Below are positions 9,998-20,389 of a DNA stretch of 64,000 nucleotides, one piece after another. The position numbers and the translations under genes were made by a program. The number at the start of each line of letters is the position of its first letter. Position 1 is the stretch's first letter. The notes under the pieces were generated by a model, which was not told where the DNA came from, made no database searches, and saw only the letters and a program-made list of their open reading frames with translations. Source of the stretch: a virus; IMG/VR virus record IMGVR_UViG_3300025072_002799, positions 47,203 to 111,202 of that record, one strand, 5' to 3'.

Positions 9998-10849
9998 ATG
10001 GGAAATGAGAAAAAGGTGTATGTCGATGACATAAGTTGCATGCAGCCAAAGTTAAGAAAGTCATCAGTGATTTCTACAAGGGAATTCAATGATACCTTAA
10101 GTGATGAAGATGTTGACTATAACGAAAGGTTGGTTAAAGCATCATTGGAATTTAAGGTAACGCCAGAAAAAATAAAAAAAGTAATTTGTCCTGAGTTGTC
10201 GGCTAAAAAGATGTGTGAAAGTCCAGCTTATGAAAATTTTGGAGATTCGGAAAAGGATTTTGGAAAAGATGGTGTAATCGACTTAAACAAAGGCATTCCA
10301 ATAACAGGTCACGATGGAGTGCCATCTCGTGATCCTGGCGGAGTATTGCCAGGAACGGGTGGAGGAACCACAGTAGATGAGTACGTCCATCTTAGAAATT
10401 TGATTAAACATGCTTATGGACATAATTCAGCAACTATCATACCTGATAAAAAGCCAGAAATGTACGAATTCAAAGAATGGACTGAGGAAGAGTTGAATTC
10501 ACTTAAAGAAAAGGAGGGATATTTCGAATTGTCGATGACATATGAAAATGATGATGATTTATCAATGCATGAAATATTTGAAATTGCAAATGGTCCAGAA
10601 GACAGTGAATGTTACAAAAATTTGATTTCAGACTTAAATGAAGAGTTTCCAAAAATGGACTTTACGTGGATCTGCGCAGATCTATCAATTGAATGGAAGT
10701 CTGGGATATTGAATGGGAACAAAGTAATAACGGCTATCAATAAGCCTATTGTTGACGAACTAAAACAAACGCTTGAAAAGATAATGGATGATGAAACAAA
10801 AGTATACGATATTGTAAAGCGATCCATTATAGAAGCACTAGATTTTTAA
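9998..10849 (+). CDS. Hypothetical acidic protein
   Basis: Start MGNEKK after AGGAG SD within ORF 9938..10849. Confidence 0.65.
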   Translation: MGNEKKVYVDDISCMQPKLRKSSVISTREFNDTLSDEDVDYNERLVKASLEFKVTPEKIKKVICPELSAKKMCESPAYENFGDSEKDFGKDGVIDLNKGIPITGHDGVPSRDPGGVLPGTGGGTTVDEYVHLRNLIKHAYGHNSATIIPDKKPEMYEFKEWTEEELNSLKEKEGYFELSMTYENDDDLSMHEIFEIANGPEDSECYKNLISDLNEEFPKMDFTWICADLSIEWKSGILNGNKVITAINKPIVDELKQTLEKIMDDETKVYDIVKRSIIEALDF

Positions 10850-10867
10850 AGAAAGAAAGAGAAAGAA

Positions 10868-11323
10868 ATGGGAAAAGTTTATAAACACGTTAGCGACTTG
10901 GGAATGGCTGCTTATTTGTTGATGCATGGCTACGATGTGGCTGGCAAGAAAGGCAGATCATATTACTTCAATATCAATGAAGATGATGTAAAAGCATTAG
11001 ATGATTTAACATTGGATTATTTCAATGAGAGAAACTATCATCTATTTGATCACTGCATCATGTCTATGAAGAAAGTCCTTGAAGTTAAAATGTCATCCAA
11101 TTCACTTAAGTCTGTAAATGACTTAGGATTGGCTGCTTATATCTTTATGCATGATTTTGATATTGCTGGAAGACAGGGAGGGAGCTTCTTTTTCAAGGTA
11201 GAAGATAATGAATTAGAAGAAAAATTCAATAAATTGACAATGGAATATTTGTCGAGTCAATTTCATAGATTTGATCATTGCATCATGGCACTGAAAAAAG
11301 TCCCTGAGTATTCTCCTAAATAA
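10868..11323 (+). CDS. Protein with two tandem copies of a DUF5659-like domain
   Basis: DLGMAAYLLMHG...FDHCIMSMKKV and DLGLAAYIFMHD...FDHCIMALKKV. Confidence 0.7.
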   Translation: MGKVYKHVSDLGMAAYLLMHGYDVAGKKGRSYYFNINEDDVKALDDLTLDYFNERNYHLFDHCIMSMKKVLEVKMSSNSLKSVNDLGLAAYIFMHDFDIAGRQGGSFFFKVEDNELEEKFNKLTMEYLSSQFHRFDHCIMALKKVPEYSPK

Positions 11324-11361
11324 AGAATATGCGACTCATATATAAATGAAAAGGGACAATT

Positions 11362-12852
11362 ATGAGAACTTTCGGACAATATCTTGAAGAAAATGCACCT
11401 GAAGAACCAGTTATGGCCACTGCTGTGGAGCCAGTTGACTTAGATGCAAGCTTGGATGCAATGGTAAACTCTTTAGTAGTAGACCTTAAAAAACGCATTA
11501 AATCCGCAATTCCACAAAGGGAAAAGAAGAAAAACCTTTTTGACCGATTTGGGAAGTGGTGGAAAGATATGAACGACCCAAATTATGAGACGCCCTACAC
11601 ACCTGGACATCGCATGAATCAAAATCGTGCTGCTGGGCTTCATACTGGGCAAGCCAGCGATTTGGGAGAGTCCGTGATCCCTATTGAGGTTTATAATTTC
11701 TTTAAGGAGTCTGCCGAGAAGATTTGCGAAGCAGAAGCTCATGACATAGATTCGCCAAATTTGCATGGAGATCCAAGCAGATATGGAACTTATGAATTTA
11801 GCCCAAATCCAGAAGTTGCAGCAGCAGCTAGAGCGGGAAGACAGCCTCCACAATCATCTCAGCACTTAGGTCCTGGCATGACTCATGTTGGAGGGAATTA
11901 TTATCACAATCAAGAAACAGGGAAGACTCAACAGATCAATCCAGTGGCTCAGTTGGGAATTTATTTAGATGGTGAATTTAAGAAAAAATTGAAGGGAATA
12001 TTAAGCGCCCATATGAAAAACGCACAAAGCAACAAAGACATAGAAGCTGGAAACATACCTGCCGCACCAAAAGCGCCTCAGGCTGCTGGTCCAAATGATC
12101 CACCGACAGCACCAACAGCACCAAAGTTTTCTGATGGACCCGCTTCTGAAAGACCTCCTGTTGGACCTGGACCTTCATTAACAGATGACAAAGCAACTTC
12201 CGCTTCTTCTGCAAAGCCAGTTTTAAGTCCAAATGACGATCACAAAAAACTAGTGGCTTCTGCCGACAGCAAAAAAACAGACGAAGAAAAGGCTGAAGTG
12301 TATTTGCCAAATTACAAACAAAATCACACTGCACAAGAAGTAATGGATGCTGTAGATAAACTTATGGATGGTGGAAAAGCTTTTGATGATACAATTGTAA
12401 GTGTGCAAGATTTTAGAGATGACTTAAAAACTGTGTTAGGTGTCAAAATAAAACCTAAATCAACCCCATCTGACTTCAATCAAGTTGATGAAGATGAAAG
12501 TAGCAGTAAGTTAATCAACATGCTTGGGAACAAAAGTGATGAACAACAGGCTGAATTGCTTTCTCCTGGTTATGAAGAAAAAGGTTATAAAGTTGATGAT
12601 ATTTTGCAAGGCGCTAAGAGTCTTCAACAACATGACAAGAAGAAGAAAACTGTTAAGCAATTCCGTGATGGACTTGATCAATATCTTGGATTGACAATTG
12701 GACACGCTGAATCCAATATGGTTGACAGATACAAGCAAATGTTGAGAGAGCAAGATCTAAAAGGCTACATGACACCAGTGGTAAGATGGAAAGTGGACGA
12801 TTTGCCCGTTTCTGAACGAGCAAATTATTACCGTCAACTAATGCGTAATTAA
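11362..12852 (+). CDS. Putative internal head protein (capsid-targeting-like N-terminus)
   Basis: MRTFGQYLEE; Pro/Ala-rich low-complexity middle. Confidence 0.65.
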   Translation: MRTFGQYLEENAPEEPVMATAVEPVDLDASLDAMVNSLVVDLKKRIKSAIPQREKKKNLFDRFGKWWKDMNDPNYETPYTPGHRMNQNRAAGLHTGQASDLGESVIPIEVYNFFKESAEKICEAEAHDIDSPNLHGDPSRYGTYEFSPNPEVAAAARAGRQPPQSSQHLGPGMTHVGGNYYHNQETGKTQQINPVAQLGIYLDGEFKKKLKGILSAHMKNAQSNKDIEAGNIPAAPKAPQAAGPNDPPTAPTAPKFSDGPASERPPVGPGPSLTDDKATSASSAKPVLSPNDDHKKLVASADSKKTDEEKAEVYLPNYKQNHTAQEVMDAVDKLMDGGKAFDDTIVSVQDFRDDLKTVLGVKIKPKSTPSDFNQVDEDESSSKLINMLGNKSDEQQAELLSPGYEEKGYKVDDILQGAKSLQQHDKKKKTVKQFRDGLDQYLGLTIGHAESNMVDRYKQMLREQDLKGYMTPVVRWKVDDLPVSERANYYRQLMRN

Positions 12853-13775
12853 TTTCCGTGTTCTGCCGTAACCCATCTGATAGTTTTGCTTTCAGATCTC
12901 ATGAACACTGAGTTAGTGGTCGGTTTCGCTCTATTCCACTTAACACCTCTCAACAGACTGCCATCGGTGATTCCCGTTCCAGCAAACGCACACTCTCCTT
13001 TAACTAATTCATTTTCATCCAAAATAGGCTCAGAAGACTCTCCTTCTTTAGTGCATTCTTGACCTTGTAGCCCTCCACCCAAGCATTTGATCGCACAAGC
13101 GGACAGAATAGCCTCTGGCGAGCCTCCAATGCCATAAAGGATGTCTATGTCACTATCTGGAAGGCAAGCCGCAACAGCCCCAGAAACGTCACAATCTTGA
13201 ATTAATTTAATTCTGCACCCTAGTTCTCTTAATTCTTTGATTGCCTCATGATGTCGTGGTCGATCTAAAATGCATACCAACACCTGTTCTGGCTCCTTTC
13301 CTGTTGCCGAACAAACCAATTCTATGGTTCTTTCTAGTGGGTCGTTTAATTTTAATTCTACTTTACTTGCTATTTCAGGTCCGTATGCCAACTTTCTCAT
13401 ATAATACGAAGACGGACTAAACATAGCTCCTTCTAGTGCGACAGAAATGACGCTCATAGCTTCTGGTCCAGAAGTTACAGTTGGAGTTGTTCCTTCAATT
13501 GGATCTATTGCTATATCATTGAATTTTCCGTGGTATCCATCGCATGACCCCCACCTACTTCCGATTTTCTCTCCTGCGAACAAGCCATATGACTTATCCT
13601 TTTCTCCTTCGCCTATTACAATCTTTCCAGCAAAGTCCATTCCATTAAGACGATCTCTCATTGCATCAGTAGCGGCTTTATCTGATTCTAGTTTATTTCC
13701 GCTTCCGACCCACTTTGAGCCTGCTATTGCTCCTGCTTCTGTAACTCTAATTAAATCAAGGCTTATATGTTTCAT
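12849..13775 (-). CDS. glpX: Fructose-1,6-bisphosphatase class II
   Basis: RVTEAGA, VIGEGEKD, DIAIDPIEGT, LDRPRH, YGIGGSPE, TGITDGSLL. Confidence 0.95.
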   Translation of the reverse strand: MKHISLDLIRVTEAGAIAGSKWVGSGNKLESDKAATDAMRDRLNGMDFAGKIVIGEGEKDKSYGLFAGEKIGSRWGSCDGYHGKFNDIAIDPIEGTTPTVTSGPEAMSVISVALEGAMFSPSSYYMRKLAYGPEIASKVELKLNDPLERTIELVCSATGKEPEQVLVCILDRPRHHEAIKELRELGCRIKLIQDCDVSGAVAACLPDSDIDILYGIGGSPEAILSACAIKCLGGGLQGQECTKEGESSEPILDENELVKGECAFAGTGITDGSLLRGVKWNRAKPTTNSVFMRSESKTIRWVTAEHGN

Positions 13776-13990
13776 TGTTGTTCCGTTAATGAGTATGTTT
13801 TATTTCTAAATCGGTCACATGAAACCCAAAAGTTTCTAACGCCATCAACAACAGGAAGATGACCAGAACTTGGATGTATCCAATATTTTATTCCTGGCTT
13901 AGGATTAGACCAACATGTGTGTGGATAACCAGGAAGTATTATGCCGGGACTTGTTGTGTTTGAAGGTGGAAACCCTTTCAGAATTGCCAT
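13772..13990 (-). CDS. Hypothetical protein
   Basis: 72-aa ORF overlapping the start/stop codons of both neighbours. Confidence 0.5.
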   Translation of the reverse strand: MAILKGFPPSNTTSPGIILPGYPHTCWSNPKPGIKYWIHPSSGHLPVVDGVRNFWVSCDRFRNKTYSLTEQQ

Positions 13991-14454
13991 TAATCCTCCT
14001 CTTTGAATTTCTTAGCCAGATTAGATAGTTGATTAACATCTACAAATGGACTTTTATTTTCTGGTTCTTCTTCATCCAGCCAAGTTGGTTCTTTTTCTAT
14101 CTTTGGCATTTCAGGCTTTTGTTCTTCACGATGTGCGAATTTAGCGCCTTTCTTTTCTTCCATTTTCTTTTCATATTCATCCATGATTGCATCATAATTG
14201 GGGTCATCTTTTTTAAGAACTTGTTCCTCTGCGAATCCGATGAGATGCGTCCAGGTGTAGAAATTCTTGCTCAAAGTTGTTGGGTGCGTAAGCCAAATTC
14301 CCAATTCACAAATATAGTCCACTCTTCCAACGAAGTAGTCTGTCATTTGTGAATCTTTGAAGTCCCAATTTATATTAGCAACAAACATTGTTACAACTTT
14401 TCCAACAAAATAGTTGGATAAGCGATTTAGTTCTGTTTCGTTTGGTGTTTCCAT
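13990..14454 (-). CDS. Hypothetical protein (possible Sm/SH3-like N-domain)
   Basis: 154 aa, in the primase operon. Confidence 0.6.
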   Translation of the reverse strand: METPNETELNRLSNYFVGKVVTMFVANINWDFKDSQMTDYFVGRVDYICELGIWLTHPTTLSKNFYTWTHLIGFAEEQVLKKDDPNYDAIMDEYEKKMEEKKGAKFAHREEQKPEMPKIEKEPTWLDEEEPENKSPFVDVNQLSNLAKKFKEED

Positions 14455-14461
14455 AATTTCC

Positions 14462-15484
14462 TTATCTAGGATTTGGCCATTTAGTGAACGGCACTGTTGT
14501 CTTGTTGATGTATTGTTTTATTGTTTCTGGATTTATGACCTGCAACATAGCATTCCAATCTTTGAATCCTTCTGGTGGCGAAACCTGTCTAACTTCTATT
14601 CCATTGGAATTCAAAGAATCACCAATAACCTTTAGAGCACTTTTGCCAGCACTGTCATTGTCTAATGCAATGCATACATTGAACCCACGCAACATCTCTA
14701 GCTGCTTAGGAGTTAATGTTTTGCCTCCACAGGCAACAGAGGCACGCCCACAAGCTATTGTCAGGCTAATGGAGTCCAATTCTCCTTCGGTCAAGAATAC
14801 CCAACCATCATTCGGCCAATAAGTAAAAAATAAAACGTCTCTTTTTCCAACTCCATAGACCTCTTCTTCTGGACCGAGGTACTTTGGCTTGGCACTATCT
14901 GAAAGATGTCTTCCATTCCAATAAATTAAATTTCCATCTTTATCGTAATATGGAATGATGATTCTATTTCTGTACTTGTCTTGAGTGCAGAATTCTATAT
15001 TAAACTTTTCGTAATCTATTTTCCTAGATTCAAGATAGGCAATTGCTTCTGAACCTTTATAGTGTTGTGTCAATTGAGACAAAGGATATGTGAATGGAGG
15101 AAGCCTCATGTGTGGAGGCTTTTCTGGATCAATCTCTATCTTCGCTGGCTTTTTGTCAGACTTTTTATTCGCATTAAAAAAATCGTCTAGATCGCTGTAG
15201 ACTTTTGACATTTCTGTTTCGCCACGGATTTGATAAACAGCCTCTTCGTAAGGCAATCCATCAACCTTCATGACTAAACCAACTAAGGTTCCTCTCTTGT
15301 CACTCTTCCAGCACCTAAACACGCCGTCTTCTCTGCCATTCTTTCCCCCATCGACATTACACCAGAGGTGATTTTTATTGTCGTCCGCAAAGGGGCTATT
15401 AACCATGATCTCTCGACCATTGGTTTTTACATTGTCAAAACGGCTCTCAGCCCATGACAGAAAAGCATCGTAATCTATTGACAT
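14462..15484 (-). CDS. DNA primase (DnaG/TOPRIM, T4 gp61-like)
   Basis: NRIIIP, YWNGR, KPKYL, LTEGELD, IALDNDSAG, KDWN. Confidence 0.92.
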   Translation of the reverse strand: MSIDYDAFLSWAESRFDNVKTNGREIMVNSPFADDNKNHLWCNVDGGKNGREDGVFRCWKSDKRGTLVGLVMKVDGLPYEEAVYQIRGETEMSKVYSDLDDFFNANKKSDKKPAKIEIDPEKPPHMRLPPFTYPLSQLTQHYKGSEAIAYLESRKIDYEKFNIEFCTQDKYRNRIIIPYYDKDGNLIYWNGRHLSDSAKPKYLGPEEEVYGVGKRDVLFFTYWPNDGWVFLTEGELDSISLTIACGRASVACGGKTLTPKQLEMLRGFNVCIALDNDSAGKSALKVIGDSLNSNGIEVRQVSPPEGFKDWNAMLQVINPETIKQYINKTTVPFTKWPNPR

Positions 15485-15489
15485 AATTT

Positions 15490-15855
15490 TTACTCTGTGA
15501 AGCCAGATTCCAAACTTATGAAATTGATGTCTGAACTAGAAGCCCTAACTGGGAGCAAAAATATAGCAATATCGTCAGGAAGTTTTTTGTTTGCTTTTTC
15601 TAGATCTCCAAGCAATTTATCTTTCATTCTCTCCGCAAGATTAATACCCTTTTCTGAAGAAAGTGTACCAATATTTACATTCATTGCTAAAATGCCTCTG
15701 ATCTCTGTTGGATTTGCGGCATAGGGTTTGTCGTCTTCGTGCATATTTGCATCCATCTTTGCCTCCTCTTGACAATATCCGTCTGGTCTGCAATTAAATT
15801 CTTCACCCACATATAATTCGCCACCAACGCCATTATTCAAATTTTCTGCTGCCAT
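15490..15855 (-). CDS. Hypothetical protein
   Basis: 121-aa ORF in operon. Confidence 0.6.
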   Translation of the reverse strand: MAAENLNNGVGGELYVGEEFNCRPDGYCQEEAKMDANMHEDDKPYAANPTEIRGILAMNVNIGTLSSEKGINLAERMKDKLLGDLEKANKKLPDDIAIFLLPVRASSSDINFISLESGFTE

Positions 15856-16820
15856 AATCTTTCCTCTATTTGTTTGATATAATCTTCGTATAGCTCAAAT
15901 CCAGTATACAATCTTTTTAAGCCAATGCAAGCCAATGCTGTAGTTCCTGAACCCATAAATGGATCAAGAACCAAGTCTCCTTCGTCTGTGGTTAAAAGTA
16001 TTAATTTCTCCACAATTTCAAGGGGATAAATTGCTGGATGCTTGGTTCCTTTAATGCTCTCAACGGGGCATTCTATTATATCTTTTAACATAGTCTTGCC
16101 AGATAATCTAATTACAGAAAAGCCGTTGTTTTTTATCTGGTTATTGCGACCGCCCTCCTGTCCACCAAACGCCAAAGCGTGAATGCCTCTGACTTTCATC
16201 CTAAACCCACTGATTTTGCCACTTTTGACTTCATCTATGACAGCACCTAACTCATTAATAGCATTGCACTTCTCTTCTTCAGATAAATCAGAATTTTCTA
16301 TAATTTTAAAATATTTACGCCCCACTTTAGTATCGGGATTTGGCTTATTTTCTTTAACCTTAGTCAACCTATCTCCGTAATACTTGTATTTGTTAGATTT
16401 CACAAAATGAAAGAATGGTTCATGTGATGACACCATTCTTCGATTGAATTGACGTGGAACAGGGTTTGATTTAGACCAAGATATGTTGTTAATTAAAATG
16501 GCGTCAGTTTCGTCTACCACTTTGGCTGCGAATCTATAAGGTGCCAATTGTAGCGAACTATTCAAATATTTATCGCCCATATTCCATATGATGCTTCCAT
16601 CTTCTTTTGTGACTCTAAGACACTCTCTGAACACTTCCAATAAAACATCAAGATATTCATCTAAATCACCCTCTTGACCTATCTCTTCTTTGTCTCCATA
16701 TTCTCTTTGTAAAAAATATGGTGGACTGGTAATTGTCAAATCAACTGTGTTGGTCGTTAAATTTTTAATTAGTTGACGGCAATCGCCTTGGATTATTTTA
16801 TTTTTCACTATAGATTTCAC
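15837..16820 (-). CDS. Site-specific DNA methyltransferase (beta class, probably N4-cytosine)
   Basis: TSPPY catalytic motif, HPAIYP, DPFMGSGTT SAM motif. Confidence 0.93.
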   Translation of the reverse strand: MKSIVKNKIIQGDCRQLIKNLTTNTVDLTITSPPYFLQREYGDKEEIGQEGDLDEYLDVLLEVFRECLRVTKEDGSIIWNMGDKYLNSSLQLAPYRFAAKVVDETDAILINNISWSKSNPVPRQFNRRMVSSHEPFFHFVKSNKYKYYGDRLTKVKENKPNPDTKVGRKYFKIIENSDLSEEEKCNAINELGAVIDEVKSGKISGFRMKVRGIHALAFGGQEGGRNNQIKNNGFSVIRLSGKTMLKDIIECPVESIKGTKHPAIYPLEIVEKLILLTTDEGDLVLDPFMGSGTTALACIGLKRLYTGFELYEDYIKQIEERLWQQKI

Positions 16821-16834
16821 TTTTTAATTACGAT

Positions 16835-17617
16835 ATGATTGACAACATGAATATAAATCACATATCTGTTTCAAGAGATTCTACTTGGAAACAATGCCAA
16901 TATCAATATAAATTTAGATACCATGAAAAAATTCCTCGTCCTGGTGAAGAACCATTTTATTTCGTGTTTGGAAAACTTGTTCATAAGATATTAGAATTGT
17001 ACGTAGAAGGCAAAGGTGAAGTTTCATCTGAGGAATGCACTCGTATGGTTTTAGAGGGGGAAGCAGAGCTTGAGCCAAATAAATTTGCGCCCCCTCTTAA
17101 CGAATGGGCAAAAGGATACAAACCAAGACTTCCTCGTTGTGTTGCAAATGGAGTAAAACTAGCTGACAAAATGGGTTTTGGAAATGACATTCTAGAACAC
17201 AAATTCCATTATGACCTAGATGGCGAAGGTCGTCACGTTATGGGATTCATTGATTGGCTAAAAGATCATGGAGATGGAAAATACACAGTCATTGATTACA
17301 AAACCACAAAAAAAGGTCCGTTTAGGGAAACTGCTCAAACAGTGACCAAGAATCTTCAGCTTCGCACATACGCTCGCGTGGTACAAAAGGAATTTGGTGC
17401 CAAACCCGAAGATATACGTTGTGCTTTGTATTATCTTGAAGACGCTTCATTAATTGCTGCCAAGTTCAATGAAGAGTCGTTAGAGTTTGCAGAAAAGCAA
17501 CTTTTGGAAGCATACAAGCAAATTGAACAAACTACCGCTGAAAAGGCTTGGCCAAATGTAGGTCGTCATTGCTCAAGATGCGATTACAAAACTTTATGCA
17601 TGCATTACAATGTGTAA
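16835..17617 (+). CDS. Cas4/RecB-like PD-(D/E)XK exonuclease
   Basis: QC...FGKLVH, GFID, IDYKT, QLRTY, C-terminal CxxC-x4-C. Confidence 0.9.
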   Translation: MIDNMNINHISVSRDSTWKQCQYQYKFRYHEKIPRPGEEPFYFVFGKLVHKILELYVEGKGEVSSEECTRMVLEGEAELEPNKFAPPLNEWAKGYKPRLPRCVANGVKLADKMGFGNDILEHKFHYDLDGEGRHVMGFIDWLKDHGDGKYTVIDYKTTKKGPFRETAQTVTKNLQLRTYARVVQKEFGAKPEDIRCALYYLEDASLIAAKFNEESLEFAEKQLLEAYKQIEQTTAEKAWPNVGRHCSRCDYKTLCMHYNV

Positions 17618-18016
17618 TTACATGCCTTGTTGCATTGGTGGCAACTGAGCGTTCTGCGTAGGAATTTGTCCAGGCTGTTGCTGACCTTGCTGCTGTTGGT
17701 TTGGCTGCTGTTGCTGTTGCTGCTGTTGCTGCTGTTGTTGCTGTTGCTTCATCATTGCTTCAACTTCATGTTTTGGAAAGACAGCTTTGAATATATCATC
17801 ATAAACTGCTTTGTCCCCATATTGTTGAATCTGGCTCTGGAGAAAACCCTCTCTTTCTCTTCTAGCGACTTCATTGCTGAATAGGCTGTATTTGTTTGAC
17901 TGCGTGATCATCTGCTGTTGAGCGGGCGGCAATCCTTCAAATGCAGTCTTGGAGCTTTGTCCTATCTGACTTCCAGATAATTCTTGTTCTGTTAGAAATG
18001 TTTTCCAGTTTAGCAT
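17618..18016 (-). CDS. Poly-Gln putative internal head protein
   Basis: MLNWKTFLTE N-terminus; CAG/CAA run encoding poly-Q. Confidence 0.7.
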   Translation of the reverse strand: MLNWKTFLTEQELSGSQIGQSSKTAFEGLPPAQQQMITQSNKYSLFSNEVARREREGFLQSQIQQYGDKAVYDDIFKAVFPKHEVEAMMKQQQQQQQQQQQQQQPNQQQQGQQQPGQIPTQNAQLPPMQQGM

Positions 18017-18068
18017 GTTTTAGTCCTTTTGCAGAATCCTTTATTTATGCATCTAACTACATTATTGC

Positions 18069-18938
18069 ATGGCTAAAAATAACAGAACTATAATCCTAAC
18101 AGATGAAGACAGAAAACGTCTAAAGCCCCAAATTGGGCGTAATATTTTTAATTATGATTGCATGGAAATGGAATGGGAGAAAGATTCCATAGACATGTTG
18201 TTTTTGGACCCTCCCTACAATATGTCCAAAGACTTTGGGAAGATTAAATTCAAAAAACGAACTATAAATGATTATGGTGATTACACACATGCCATTATAA
18301 ATCATTTTTATCCTGCCATCAAAGAAGGCGGTTCAATCTTCTTTTGTGGAGATTGGCAAATGAGTTATAATATTTTCGAGGCGATGAACTCCCGTTTTGA
18401 AGTCAGAAATCGTCTTACGTGGCAACGTGAAAAAGGCAGAGGAAGCAAAACTAACTGGAAGGCTGGATGCGAAGACATTTGGTGGGCGACCAAAGGAAAA
18501 GATTATAAGTTTTATCCAGACCGCATAAAAGTTAGAAAACAAGTCATAGCTCCTTACAAAGAAGATGGGAAAGCCAAGGATTGGGATGAAAAAACAGGAT
18601 TCAGGGATACTGGGGCGTCAAATTTTTTAAATATATTTTCCGTCCCATTTTGGTCGATGCCAGAGAATACGCCACACAAAACCCAAAAACCTGAAAAACT
18701 TTTGGCAATGCTTATGTTGGCTGTTACAGATGAGGGTGATACGGTTGTAGATCCATTTTTAGGGTCTGGAACCACTGCTGTCGTCTCTCAGAAACTTAAT
18801 CGCAATTTCTCAGGGTGTGACATTGATGAAGATTGGTGTCTTTATGCTCTAAAGCGCATGGAGTCTGAAGATAAATCCATTCAAGGATACAATGATGGCG
18901 TGTTTTGGGAAAGAAATACTTTAAAGTATCAAAAATAA
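18069..18938 (+). CDS. Site-specific DNA methyltransferase (beta class, probably N6-adenine)
   Basis: DPPY, HKTQKP, DPFLGSGTT. Confidence 0.93.
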   Translation: MAKNNRTIILTDEDRKRLKPQIGRNIFNYDCMEMEWEKDSIDMLFLDPPYNMSKDFGKIKFKKRTINDYGDYTHAIINHFYPAIKEGGSIFFCGDWQMSYNIFEAMNSRFEVRNRLTWQREKGRGSKTNWKAGCEDIWWATKGKDYKFYPDRIKVRKQVIAPYKEDGKAKDWDEKTGFRDTGASNFLNIFSVPFWSMPENTPHKTQKPEKLLAMLMLAVTDEGDTVVDPFLGSGTTAVVSQKLNRNFSGCDIDEDWCLYALKRMESEDKSIQGYNDGVFWERNTLKYQK

Positions 18939-18940
18939 AA

Positions 18941-19063
18941 CTACTTTGGCGTTTTATTTTTAGCTATTCTTGCCTTATGCTCTAAAAGCTTCTTTTTTGA
19001 GGTTGGCTTCTTAGTTTTCCTACTTCTTCCTCTTCCGCCTCCTCCGCCTTTGCCACAACACAT
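18941..19063 (-). CDS. Small basic peptide MCCGKGGGGGRGRSRK... (40 aa, absent from ORF track)
   Basis: Manual translation ATG 19063 to TAG 18941; fills the intergenic gap. Confidence 0.5.
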   Translation of the reverse strand: MCCGKGGGGGRGRSRKTKKPTSKKKLLEHKARIAKNKTPK

Positions 19064-19168
19064 ATATTTGCCATTCCTTATCTCTGAGCGTCCCATATGG
19101 GGCGTTTAATTAATTATTTGGAATCCTAGAGGTAAATTAGCCGAATCGCTCATATGGGGCTTCTGGGG

Positions 19169-19369
19169 TCATTTTTTGCTTTGTTTCTTCTTTTGCTTCT
19201 TTTTCATTGCTTTTTCGTTCCCTGGCAATGGTTCCATGTCATATTGGGGCATTGCTCCCGTTCCTTTCTTGGCTTGATCTCTAACTATGCGATCTGGTCT
19301 TTGCTGCGGTGGAGCAAGCCCATAGTTATCACCAATTTCCAACTTAATTAGCCATTTTTTGAATTCCAT
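19169..19369 (-). CDS. Small putative internal head protein
   Basis: MEFKKWLIKLE N-terminus, Lys-rich C-terminus. Confidence 0.65.
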   Translation of the reverse strand: MEFKKWLIKLEIGDNYGLAPPQQRPDRIVRDQAKKGTGAMPQYDMEPLPGNEKAMKKKQKKKQSKK

Positions 19370-19385
19370 AACTTTATATATAATT

Positions 19386-19889
19386 ATGGCAGACTTTCAC
19401 TTAATGACAATTTTGGAAATAGAGCAGATCCGTGATGGCAAAGTCATCTGGCAAGCTCAAAATTTAAAAAACGTTCTTCATGACTTGGGCGAAAAATATA
19501 TTTTAGATGCAGCATTTACAGACACCACTGTTGTGCCAACTAATTTCTATTTTGGTTTAGACAATCGCACATCTGTAGATGCATCAGATACTATGGCTGA
19601 TTTGACTGATGAGCCAAGCACTAATGGATATGCAAGACAGTCTATTAGTTCCGATGGAGAATTCACTGTTGCCCTGAATGACAGCAGCATTTATGAGGCA
19701 ACCAGTCCCATAATTAACTTTTCCGCTTCAGGAGGTTCGTGGGGTCCAGTTAATGCTTTGTTTTTAACTACGTCCGCTACTGGTAGTGGGATTTTAATTG
19801 CGACCGTAAGTTTAACTTCATCGTTAACTGCGAACAGTGGAGATTCTTTCAATATGAGATTAGGCTTAGCCCTTAGTGGCGGATCTTAA
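19386..19889 (+). CDS. Virion structural (fiber/tail-associated) protein
   Basis: Start MADFH; EPSTNGYARQ..., FSASGGSWGPV; paralog-like to 52996..53436. Confidence 0.7.
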   Translation: MADFHLMTILEIEQIRDGKVIWQAQNLKNVLHDLGEKYILDAAFTDTTVVPTNFYFGLDNRTSVDASDTMADLTDEPSTNGYARQSISSDGEFTVALNDSSIYEATSPIINFSASGGSWGPVNALFLTTSATGSGILIATVSLTSSLTANSGDSFNMRLGLALSGGS

Positions 19890-20389
19890 AAGCAAAGCGA
19901 CTCTTCTAGATCTGTTACATCTTTGATTTCTACATAATTCTTAATCATAAGCATCTTTTCACTTTTGATTCTTTTATTATGCTGAGTCCAATGTAGATGT
20001 TTTCCTCCTCCATCAATTGGATCAAGAAGGAATTCGCTATTAAGTGGTATTTTGTTATCTGTATACCATTCGCTTCTCTCTTCCTCTGACATACTCCTCC
20101 ACTTATCTAAGGGGACTTGATCTCTTTTGAAATTTTCTGGGAGTTGCGGAAGATTGAATTGATAGCCATCTTTTATTGTGTAAATGATAGGATCGTCTTC
20201 TTTTTTGTTTTCTATAATATATCTACAAAAAACTTCCGTGGCTGGTTCAGAAGTGTTGCCACGATAAAACCAAACAGGCAGTGAAACTCCTGTAGCTTCA
20301 ACTCTTACGCCTTTGTGCAACGCATAGCGATCTTGTTTTGTAAGATATATGTAATGAGACAGTGATAATACTATTTGCTTTCTTGCCAT
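19886..20389 (-). CDS. Hypothetical protein
   Basis: 167-aa ORF. Confidence 0.65.
   Translation of the reverse strand: MARKQIVLSLSHYIYLTKQDRYALHKGVRVEATGVSLPVWFYRGNTSEPATEVFCRYIIENKKEDDPIIYTIKDGYQFNLPQLPENFKRDQVPLDKWRSMSEEERSEWYTDNKIPLNSEFLLDPIDGGGKHLHWTQHNKRIKSEKMLMIKNYVEIKDVTDLEESLCF

Noticed and set aside
16835-17617. Cas4-like nuclease as part of the CRISPR system
   Set aside because: 43 kb away among replication genes; solo Cas4-like exonucleases are common in phages
15837-18938. MTases plus nuclease as a restriction-modification system
   Set aside because: The nuclease is a Cas4/RecB-type exonuclease; orphan anti-restriction MTases are the simpler reading
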